From positions 1 through 53,606 of the forward strand of contig JAZADL010000095.1 in assembly GCA_036123635.1 (NCBI GenBank): 53,606 nt of DNA, read 5' to 3'. Origin of the DNA: Actinomycetota bacterium. Its GTDB lineage: Bacteria; Actinomycetota; Acidimicrobiia; Acidimicrobiales; MedAcidi-G1. Below the pieces are notes generated by a model. The model saw nothing but the letters and a program-made list of their open reading frames with translations, made no database searches and was not told the origin of the DNA. The first letter of the stretch is position 1, and each line of letters opens with the position of its first letter. The translations under genes and the position numbers were made by a program. Below, one piece after another: positions 18,991-26,900 of the stretch.

Positions 18991-19749
18991 TTGCCGTTTT
19001 CTGTCGACGATGGGTTCGGACCCCGAGCCCGGATCGGGCTGGTCGTCTTGGAAGGGGATCAGACGGTGGAAGCCGAGCTCTCATCGCTGTGGCCAGTCGG
19101 TGTGGCAGCATTCGCCACCCGAATTCCCATGGAGGATCGGGTCACGGCCGAGACGCTTCGGGCCATGGAGGAGCGAATTCCGACCGCTGCCAAGCTCTTA
19201 CCCACTGGATTTGGGTTTGACGTCATTGGGTATGGCTGTACCTCGGCAGCCACGCTGATCGGTGAGGCCCGGGTGGACGCCGCCATTCGACGGGCCCATC
19301 CGGAGATCCCAAATACCAACCCCATTACCGCGGCAGTTACGGCCTTTGGGGCCCTGGGGGCAACCCGGATTGGGGTGGTAACTCCCTACAACGCTGAGGT
19401 AACGAGAGGGATCGTCGACCACCTCTCGGGTCAGGGGTTGGAGGTGATAAGAAGCGGCTCCTTCCTGGAGGAGAGCGACCACACGGTGGCCCGTATCACC
19501 GAAGCTTCGGTGGCTGCCGGAGTGCGACAGATCGCCGGCACCCCGGGGAGCCTGGAAGCCGTTTTCGTCTCGTGTACAAGCCTCCGGTTGTTTGGCATCG
19601 CGAACAGCCTCGAGGACGAACTTGGAATTCCCGTGGTGTCTAGCAACCTGGTCTTCGGCTGGCACCTCCTTCGCCTAGCCGGGATTGATGACCACCTGCC
19701 GGGCTTTGGGAGCCTGTTCGAGCACAACCTGAACGGTGTGTTGTCGTGA
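18991..19749 (+). CDS. Asp/Glu/hydantoin-racemase-superfamily protein (maleate isomerase / EutA-like)
   Basis: 252 aa. RIGLVVLEGDQTVEAEL, IGYGCTSA and VFVSCTSLR (paired Cys motifs) are typical of the arylmalonate decarboxylase/maleate isomerase/EutA group. Confidence 0.75.
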   Translation: MPFSVDDGFGPRARIGLVVLEGDQTVEAELSSLWPVGVAAFATRIPMEDRVTAETLRAMEERIPTAAKLLPTGFGFDVIGYGCTSAATLIGEARVDAAIRRAHPEIPNTNPITAAVTAFGALGATRIGVVTPYNAEVTRGIVDHLSGQGLEVIRSGSFLEESDHTVARITEASVAAGVRQIAGTPGSLEAVFVSCTSLRLFGIANSLEDELGIPVVSSNLVFGWHLLRLAGIDDHLPGFGSLFEHNLNGVLS

Positions 19750-20912
19750 CCGACGGTGCGGAGCGTGGTTTTCCTGTCGCGGAGTTCGAGGAGCGAACGG
19801 CGCGAGCCCAGCGGATGCTGGCCGACAGCGAACTAGGTGCCCTGCTGGTCTGCACCGAGCCGGAAGTCCGCTACTTCACCGGATTCCACACGCCCTTCTG
19901 GCAGAGCCCTACCCGCCCCTGGTTCATAGTGATCCCACAGTGCGGCCAGCCCACCGCAGTGATACCAGGCATCGGCGCCTCGGCCATGGCGCAAACTTGG
20001 GTAGACGACATCCGGACGTGGCCCGCTCCCCGCCCAGAAGACGACGGTCTAATGCTGCTGGCCGAGACGCTGGCTGAACACGCCGGGTCAGGGGATCGGA
20101 TCGGGCTTCCCATGGGCCCCGAAACTCACGTCAGGATGCCTCTGGCCGATTTGGACGCCCTACGAGAGGAAATCCGACCGAAGGAGTTCGTGGACGCAAC
20201 CGACGTGGTCCGCAGCCTTCGCATGGTGAAGTCGGAACGCGAGGTAGCCAAGGTCGCCCACATTTGTTCCGTGGTCTCCGACGGCTTTGAGGGCATTCCG
20301 ACACTCCTATCCGCGGGGATGACCGAACGCGAAGCATTCTCAGCGTTTCGACTGGACCTGCTTCGCCGGGGTGCCGACGAGGTCCCGTACCTCGTTGGAG
20401 CGACCGGCCCAGGCTTTGACGACATCATCAAGCAGCCCTCCGACAGGACCATCGTCGGTGGAGATCTGTTGATGTTCGATACAGGCTCGATATTTGATGG
20501 CTACTCCAGTGACTTCGACCGCTACTACGCCTTCGGCTGGGCCGATGATGGAGCCCGACGGGCCTACGAGACGGTATGGGAGGCAACCGAGGCGGGCCTG
20601 GCCGCCGTACGGCCGGGAGCCACGACCAGTGATCTTTGGCGGGCCATGGCCACCGTCTTGGATGCCGGCGGCTCACTTGGTAACTCGGTTGGGCGAATGG
20701 GCCACGGCCTAGGAATGCAGGTCACCGAATGGCCGTCCAACACCGCCGACGATCAGACGGTGCTTGAGGAGGGAATGGTCCTCACCCTGGAGCCGGGACT
20801 CACCTGGGCGCCGGGCCGAATGATGGTGCATGAGGAGAACCTGGTCGTTCGAACTGACGGCGCCGAACTGCTGTCACGACGAGCGCCCGCCGAACTACCA
20901 CTCATTGGCTGA
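19746..20912 (+). CDS. M24-family metallohydrolase with creatinase-type N-domain (Xaa-Pro dipeptidase / creatinase / ectoine-hydrolase-like)
   Basis: 388 aa. GTG start overlaps the upstream stop (GTGA). Pita-bread metal ligands are visible: MFDTGSIFDGYSSDFDR, GHGLGMQVTE, LTLEPG, VHEEN. Confidence 0.85.
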   Translation: MTDGAERGFPVAEFEERTARAQRMLADSELGALLVCTEPEVRYFTGFHTPFWQSPTRPWFIVIPQCGQPTAVIPGIGASAMAQTWVDDIRTWPAPRPEDDGLMLLAETLAEHAGSGDRIGLPMGPETHVRMPLADLDALREEIRPKEFVDATDVVRSLRMVKSEREVAKVAHICSVVSDGFEGIPTLLSAGMTEREAFSAFRLDLLRRGADEVPYLVGATGPGFDDIIKQPSDRTIVGGDLLMFDTGSIFDGYSSDFDRYYAFGWADDGARRAYETVWEATEAGLAAVRPGATTSDLWRAMATVLDAGGSLGNSVGRMGHGLGMQVTEWPSNTADDQTVLEEGMVLTLEPGLTWAPGRMMVHEENLVVRTDGAELLSRRAPAELPLIG

Positions 20913-20925
20913 GGACGCCGACAGG

Positions 20926-21870
20926 GTGGCCGACAGCATTCCAGTGGTATCTCTCGGCCACTCGGACGCCCTCGTGAGGGCGCTATCTACCACTGGGTTC
21001 GCGGCCGTTCGAGGCCATGGCGTCCCAGATGCCGACCTGGCGGCCATGCGCCGCTTGCTCGTCGACCTGTTCGCTGTGGGCGAGGAAACCAAGCGGCGCC
21101 AAGCCGTCACTCGCCGGAACTACCGAGGGTTTATTCCTCTGCGTTTCTTCTCTCCTAATCGAGATACAGCGGCTCCTCCGGATGCCTTTGAGGGTTACAA
21201 GCTTCACTGGGAATGTCCGTCCGGACATCCGGCACGCGACGAGTGTGACCTATATGGGTCGAACCGGTGGCCCGAACACGTGCCAGAGATGCCAACCGTG
21301 GTGGCTTCGTGGTGGGCGTCGATGGACGCCGTTGCCGACCGTGTAACGGCAGTACTGACCGGCGCCATCGGCATGAATCCGGATGTACTTGCCGAGGCCA
21401 TGGAGGCACCCCTCACCAATACGACGCTTCTCCACTATCCGGAGCGGCATCCCGACGACCCGACGCCAGGATTCCACCCCCACAAGGACATCACTGTGGT
21501 GACAATCCTCAATCCTGACCCCGTGGGTGGCCTGCAGCTCCGGACGAGGGACCAGCGCTGGGTGGAAGCCGAGTGTCCGCACGACGCCCTCCTAGTCAAC
21601 GTGGGTGACCTGCTGGAGGTCTGGTCGGGCGGACGACTGGTCTCTACTCCCCACCGGGTCACCAACCCGGATGGCGCCGAGCGCTACAGCGCACCATTCT
21701 TTGTGGTGCCTAATCACCGGACAGTGGTTGAGCCGCTGCTCGAACCCGTAGAGGGCTTCGAGTGGCGGTCGGTGCCGGTGGGCTATTCCCAGGCCGAAGT
21801 GTGGCGCACCAACTGGCCGGACGAAGAACCCTCGGACCCTGACACGCACCTAGGTGGCGTAGAGGAGTGA
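20926..21870 (+). CDS. 2OG-Fe(II) oxygenase (isopenicillin-N-synthase/ACC-oxidase-like)
   Basis: ORF 20830..21870. The GTG at 20926 lies just after the upstream stop. HxD in HPHKDITVV, distal His in STPHRV, RYSAPFF 2OG-binding motif. Confidence 0.8.
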   Translation: MADSIPVVSLGHSDALVRALSTTGFAAVRGHGVPDADLAAMRRLLVDLFAVGEETKRRQAVTRRNYRGFIPLRFFSPNRDTAAPPDAFEGYKLHWECPSGHPARDECDLYGSNRWPEHVPEMPTVVASWWASMDAVADRVTAVLTGAIGMNPDVLAEAMEAPLTNTTLLHYPERHPDDPTPGFHPHKDITVVTILNPDPVGGLQLRTRDQRWVEAECPHDALLVNVGDLLEVWSGGRLVSTPHRVTNPDGAERYSAPFFVVPNHRTVVEPLLEPVEGFEWRSVPVGYSQAEVWRTNWPDEEPSDPDTHLGGVEE

Positions 21871-21891
21871 CCGGGCCCGAGCCTCAGGCGG

Positions 21892-22812
21892 TTACGGGTT
21901 GGCATGGAGAAACCGGCGAATGTTGTCGACCAGCACGTCAGGGGCGTCCTCTTGGCAGAAGTGACCCACGCCAGGCATCTCCACAACCGGGGCGTCGGGC
22001 CACAGGGCACAGAAATCGGCAATAGCCCGATCCGGTGGGATCGCCCCGTCCTCCATGCCCTCAAGCAGGATCGCCGGCTTTGCGCATAGGTCGCTGACAC
22101 CGACCGCCCCCTCGGCTACGTAGTCCCGGATTCGACCGAGGTAGGCGTCAAGCGGGAACTCCAAACCTCCGATTGCTGAATCCCGGTCCGGGAACGGGTC
22201 CGAGTAGGCCCGGATCCAGGTGTCGTCGACGGCTGCCGAGTTAGTGAATCCAATGATTTTCATCACCGACAGAACGGTAGATCCAAGATTGAGCAGGACA
22301 TCCTCAGTGCGACCAGATTCCAGCCCGCCCCCGATCCACGCAAACCACCGCGATTCAGACATCGGGGTCACTGAAGCCGGGTCAACTCGCCCGTAACCGG
22401 CCAGCGTGTTGGCGAACACAATTCGTTTGACTCGTTCTGGATGTCGCACTGTGTACGCCGTAGCAATAGGCCCACCCCAGTCCTGACCTACGAACGTGAT
22501 ATCGGTCAGCTCCAAGTGCTCGATCAGCGAAGACAGGTTCTCCGTGTGGGCCCGCAGTGTGTACTCCCGGTCCTGCGGGGTTTCCGACTTCCCGAAGCCC
22601 ATGTGGTCGGGTACAACCACACGGTTATTTTCGGCCAGTGGCCCGATCATGTGCCGGTATAGGTATCCCCAGGTCGGCTCGCCGTGCAGGCAGACGATCG
22701 GCTCGGCATCTCTCGGGCCTTCGTCCACGAAGTGTTGGACAAAGCCGTGGCCATCGAATGTGTGCGGGGCGAACGGAAACGACCCGTCGTAGGTTTCATC
22801 GAGAGGGACCAT
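21892..22812 (-). CDS. haloalkane dehalogenase-family alpha/beta hydrolase
   Basis: 306 aa. CLHGEPTWGYLYRHM, PDHMGFGKSE, nucleophile motif FVGQDWGG, C-terminal GVGHFCQED. Confidence 0.8.
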   Translation of the reverse strand: MVPLDETYDGSFPFAPHTFDGHGFVQHFVDEGPRDAEPIVCLHGEPTWGYLYRHMIGPLAENNRVVVPDHMGFGKSETPQDREYTLRAHTENLSSLIEHLELTDITFVGQDWGGPIATAYTVRHPERVKRIVFANTLAGYGRVDPASVTPMSESRWFAWIGGGLESGRTEDVLLNLGSTVLSVMKIIGFTNSAAVDDTWIRAYSDPFPDRDSAIGGLEFPLDAYLGRIRDYVAEGAVGVSDLCAKPAILLEGMEDGAIPPDRAIADFCALWPDAPVVEMPGVGHFCQEDAPDVLVDNIRRFLHANP

Positions 22813-22942
22813 CGCGACCTCCGGGATTCACATGTGGCTCCGGCTAGGTGCCGAGGCGTCGGAACCGATGTTGGCAGACCAGCCGGACAAGAAGGACACT
22901 CAGGAATAGCGGGTCAGCCGTCGCGGGCATTCCGGGGGAGTC

Positions 22943-24130
22943 GTGGAACGAGCCGAACAGGTCGCACAGATCAAGTTGCTGATGTCGCGCCTCGACGATG
23001 GCCTGACCGTCGATGCCGGCGGCTTCTGCCACAACCCGACGAGTGTCTACGCAGACCCTGACCTGGCCGAGCGTGAGCGCAGGGGCTTTTTCGCTGGCCA
23101 TCCCCACCTCGTCGGTCTAACCGGTGACCTGCCTGAACCCGGTGCCTTCCTGACGTGCGCCGACTTACCCACACCGCTCCTAGCCACCCGCGACGACGAG
23201 GGTCGCTTTCGGGCTTTTGTCAATGCCTGTCGACACCGCGGCGTGGTGCTCGAGGAACGTGACCGGGGTGAGGCCAGGCGGTTCACCTGCCCGTTTCACC
23301 GGTGGTCGTACGACATCGGAGGTTCTCTCGTCGGTCTACCCAATGCGGACCACTTCGGTGATCCCGATAAGGCCTGCCTTGGCCTGCTTGAACTACCCGC
23401 CGTGGAAGAGGCCGGCTTGTTGTGGGTCCATCCCGACCCGGAAGGCACCATCGATCTCGAGGAGCAACTGGGGCCTGAGCTTCGGGCCGAGCTGGTCTCG
23501 TGGAACCTCGGCGAGTTGTCGTATCTCGGAAGGGACGACTACGACGTGGCTTGCAACTGGAAGTTGGCCATGGACACCTTCGGGGAGACTTACCACTTTC
23601 CTGCACTCCATTCGGAAACGATCCACCTGAACTTCTACGGGAACGTCCAGTGCTACGACACCTACGGACGAAACCACCGGATGCTGCTGTGCAAGCGCGA
23701 GATCGACGGGCTGCGAGACCTACCGGAGGACAGGTGGGAGATCACCACCGCAGCCCTACCCGTCTACTGGCTCTTCCCTAATGTCCAACTCATGCCGTTC
23801 GCCGAGGGCATTCACCTGGTGCGGGCCTATCCGAGCCCCACTGATCCTGGCCGTCACGTGAGTCGGATTACCTGGTACCTACGGCCCGGCCCAGCAGCGG
23901 ACCCCCAGTCCCGCGAAATGTTGACGATGATCTCGAGGGGCTTCGGGTCGATCATCCGCGATGAGGACTACGTGGTGAGTGCGAGCCAGCAGCGCACCGC
24001 CTCGTCAGGGACCCTCGGTCACGTGGTGTTCGGCCGCAACGAACCCGCCCTGCACCACTACCACGGGACCTACCGACGGATGCTGAACATGGAACCGCTA
24101 CCCCTTCTCGATTATATTACCCATCGGTAA
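22943..24130 (+). CDS. Rieske [2Fe-2S] non-heme-iron oxygenase, alpha subunit
   Basis: 395 aa. Rieske motif CRHRG...CPFHRWSY. Mononuclear-iron region DTFGETYHFPALH. No adjacent beta subunit or reductase gene. Confidence 0.85.
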   Translation: MERAEQVAQIKLLMSRLDDGLTVDAGGFCHNPTSVYADPDLAERERRGFFAGHPHLVGLTGDLPEPGAFLTCADLPTPLLATRDDEGRFRAFVNACRHRGVVLEERDRGEARRFTCPFHRWSYDIGGSLVGLPNADHFGDPDKACLGLLELPAVEEAGLLWVHPDPEGTIDLEEQLGPELRAELVSWNLGELSYLGRDDYDVACNWKLAMDTFGETYHFPALHSETIHLNFYGNVQCYDTYGRNHRMLLCKREIDGLRDLPEDRWEITTAALPVYWLFPNVQLMPFAEGIHLVRAYPSPTDPGRHVSRITWYLRPGPAADPQSREMLTMISRGFGSIIRDEDYVVSASQQRTASSGTLGHVVFGRNEPALHHYHGTYRRMLNMEPLPLLDYITHR

Positions 24131-24167
24131 CTTTCAATAAGTCTTTTGGATCCCCTAAGGAGACCCA

Positions 24168-25106
24168 ATGAGAGCACTTCGTACCCCCGACGAACGTTTC
24201 CTCGATCTACCCGACTTTCCGTTTGAGTCGCACTATGTCGAGATTCCGGCTACTCCCGAAGAAGGCGGTCAGACCGCCGGCGACAGACAGTTGCGAGTGC
24301 ACTATCTCGACGAGGGGCCGACTGATGCTGCGCCGGTGCTACTCCTGCACGGAGAGCCGTCATGGGGTTACCTGTACCGGCACATGATTCCGCCACTGGT
24401 TGCTGCCGGGCACCGGGTCGTCGTACCCGACCAGATTGGCTTCGGCCGCAGTGACAAGCCCACAGAGATGGGTGATTACACGTACGCCCGCCACATCGCT
24501 TGGATGTCGAGCTTGGTGTTCGAACACCTTGACCTCAACGACGTCACATTCTTCGGGCAGGACTGGGGTGGACTGATCGGACTGCGATTGGTCACCGCCG
24601 AACCTGATCGGTTTTCCCGGATCATCTTGTCCAACACCGGCCTTCCTACCGGAACGCCCCCACCCGGGGAGGCGTTTATGGCCTGGCAGAAGTTCTCCCA
24701 GGACTCGCCGGTGTTCCCGATCGGCGAACTGATCAACCGGGCATGCGTGAGCGACCTCTCACCGAACGAGATCGCCGCTTACGACGCACCGTTTCCTGAT
24801 GACTCGTACAAGGCTGGGGCCCGTATCTGGCCATCACTCGTTGTTACGTCACCGGACGGCCCCGAGGGTGCCGATAACACCACTGCATGGGAGACGCTGA
24901 AGGCCTGGGAGAAGCCGCTCTTGTGTTGCTTCAGCGACCAGGACCCGGTCACCCGAGGCGGCGACAAACCGTTCCGGACCCTTGTCCCCGGCGCCCAAGG
25001 GCAACCTCACCGCACCATCGAAGGCGGCGGACACTTCGTGCAAGAGGACTGCGGCCCCGAACTGGCCCAGCTCATTGATGACTTCGTCGGAGGCCGCCTC
25101 ACGTGA
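24168..25106 (+). CDS. haloalkane dehalogenase, DhlA-like (HLD-I type)
   Basis: 312 aa, AAGGAG RBS upstream. RTPDERF...HYLDEG...LLLHGEPSWGYLYRHMIPPL...PDQIGFGRSDKP...FFGQDWGG...APFPDDSYKAG...GGGHFVQED is colinear with Xanthobacter DhlA as I recall it. Confidence 0.85.
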   Translation: MRALRTPDERFLDLPDFPFESHYVEIPATPEEGGQTAGDRQLRVHYLDEGPTDAAPVLLLHGEPSWGYLYRHMIPPLVAAGHRVVVPDQIGFGRSDKPTEMGDYTYARHIAWMSSLVFEHLDLNDVTFFGQDWGGLIGLRLVTAEPDRFSRIILSNTGLPTGTPPPGEAFMAWQKFSQDSPVFPIGELINRACVSDLSPNEIAAYDAPFPDDSYKAGARIWPSLVVTSPDGPEGADNTTAWETLKAWEKPLLCCFSDQDPVTRGGDKPFRTLVPGAQGQPHRTIEGGGHFVQEDCGPELAQLIDDFVGGRLT

Positions 25107-25238
25107 GTGCGGTTCGAGAACACGAGCCGGACAGTGAGACACCATGGCAAATCACTGGACCGTCAACAACGACCTCGTAACCGAACGGAACTTGAGCAAA
25201 GCAACGATGGAGGACCAGTTCATGATGGAGCAACTCCG

Positions 25239-26066
25239 ATGAGTCCTCGCTACGGGCAGATCGACACCGGGTATGGCCGACGCCTGGCATCCACCTCACC
25301 GGACGAAGACGGCCCGGTGTGGATGGTGAACCTAATGAGCTACCGAACGGCAGCCGACTACGCAGATGGTCGCGACTCAACCATCAGCGGGCGCGAGGCC
25401 GACGACCTGTACGCCCCGACGACTCCGTTAGCCGCCGTGGGTGCCGAAATCGTTTTCGTAGGTGACGTGCAGGACCAGTTGCTCGGCGATGAGCCGAAGT
25501 GGGACCGAGTAGCAGTAGTCAAGTACCCGACGCGCCGCAGTTTCATCGACATGCAACAACGCGACGACTTCCAGCGCCTCCACGAACACAAGGACGCGGG
25601 AATGGCCAGAACGATCGTCATGGGGACCCAGCCGATGCTGGGAGCCAATTGGGGCATCTTCGATCTTCCCGACTGGAGCGAGGTGCCCCACCCGCCGACT
25701 ACCGATGACGGCGAGGTGATGGTGGTCCACGTGTTGTCCTTCCACGACGATGTCGGAGCCCAATCGCCGGCAGACATGGAGTCCTACTCCAACCACGCTG
25801 GACAGGTCGCGACCCCACATGGTGGCCGCGTCACAGGATGGTTCGCTGTCGAGGGCACGATCATCGGCGACGGACGACGCTGGGACCAGGTTCGTTTCAA
25901 TACCTTCCCGAGCCGGCGGGCCTTCATGGCCGTTGTCATGGACCCAGACCGTCTTGCAGCTCAACACGACTACCGAGAGCCGGCCATTGCCGATACCTAC
26001 GCGTTGGTGACTCGGCCACTCGTTAATCGACTGGCAGCCTCCGTTGATCAAAAAGAGGGGCTGTAA
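25239..26066 (+). CDS. tandem DUF1330-like (dimeric alpha/beta-barrel) protein
   Basis: ORF 25107..26066, with ATG 25239 the likely start. There are two similar modules: VWMVNLMSYR...WDRVAVVKYPTRRSFIDM and MVVHVLSFHD...WDQVRFNTFPSRRAFMAV. Confidence 0.6.
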   Translation: MSPRYGQIDTGYGRRLASTSPDEDGPVWMVNLMSYRTAADYADGRDSTISGREADDLYAPTTPLAAVGAEIVFVGDVQDQLLGDEPKWDRVAVVKYPTRRSFIDMQQRDDFQRLHEHKDAGMARTIVMGTQPMLGANWGIFDLPDWSEVPHPPTTDDGEVMVVHVLSFHDDVGAQSPADMESYSNHAGQVATPHGGRVTGWFAVEGTIIGDGRRWDQVRFNTFPSRRAFMAVVMDPDRLAAQHDYREPAIADTYALVTRPLVNRLAASVDQKEGL

Positions 26067-26887
26067 TGGAACTCATCCTTACCGGGACCGGTTCGCCCCT
26101 GCCCGACGCCAACCGGGCGGGCCCATCCACCCTGGTGAAGGCCGGCGACACCCACATCCTCGTCGACGCCGGCAGGGGAGTGGTGATGCGAATGGCTGGC
26201 GCCGGGTCGCTTCCAGGATTGCTCGCCGGGGTATTGATCACCCACCTCCACAGCGATCACATATGCGCGCTCAACGACGTGATCACCACCCACTGGGTGA
26301 TGTCGCAAGGCAACGCGACACTTTCGATCTACGGTCCGGCCGGCACGGCTGAGTTCGTTGACCGGCAACTACATGCGCTCGAGCCAGACATCGGTTACCG
26401 GATGGAGCACCACGACGTACTCACCAATCCGCCCCAGGTGCACGTTACCGAGTTGACGCCCGGCGACTCGTTCGCCGTCGGTGGCGTCCAGATCGCCACG
26501 GCGGCGACCGAACACGCACCCGTACGGCCGACAATCGGCTTCCGCCTCGAGCATGACGGCAGCACAGCGGCACTCGTCGGAGACACCGTTCCGTGCGACG
26601 GGGTCGACGAACTAGCTCGCAACGCTGACGTCTACGTCCAGACAGTGATTCGCCGCGACCTCGTCGAAATAATCCCGATCAGCATGATGCAAGACATCCT
26701 CGACTACCACTCCGACGTCGTAGAGGCGGCCCGGACCGCCGAAAGGGTCGGCGCCACGCGACTCGCTCTCACCCATATGGTGCCGGCACCCACGCCTGAG
26801 ACGTACCCGGAGTGGGTAGCTCTGGTTGCCGAGCACTACTCAGGTGAAGTCATCATCGGCGACGACCTCACTACCGTCACCGTCTGA
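26066..26887 (+). CDS. MBL-fold metallo-hydrolase (RNase Z / ElaC-AtsA-like group)
   Basis: 273 aa. MELILTGTGSPLP, ILVDAGRG, canonical ITHLHSDH. Start overlaps the upstream stop (TAATG). Confidence 0.8.
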   Translation: MELILTGTGSPLPDANRAGPSTLVKAGDTHILVDAGRGVVMRMAGAGSLPGLLAGVLITHLHSDHICALNDVITTHWVMSQGNATLSIYGPAGTAEFVDRQLHALEPDIGYRMEHHDVLTNPPQVHVTELTPGDSFAVGGVQIATAATEHAPVRPTIGFRLEHDGSTAALVGDTVPCDGVDELARNADVYVQTVIRRDLVEIIPISMMQDILDYHSDVVEAARTAERVGATRLALTHMVPAPTPETYPEWVALVAEHYSGEVIIGDDLTTVTV

Positions 26888-26900
26888 ATAAGGAGATCCG

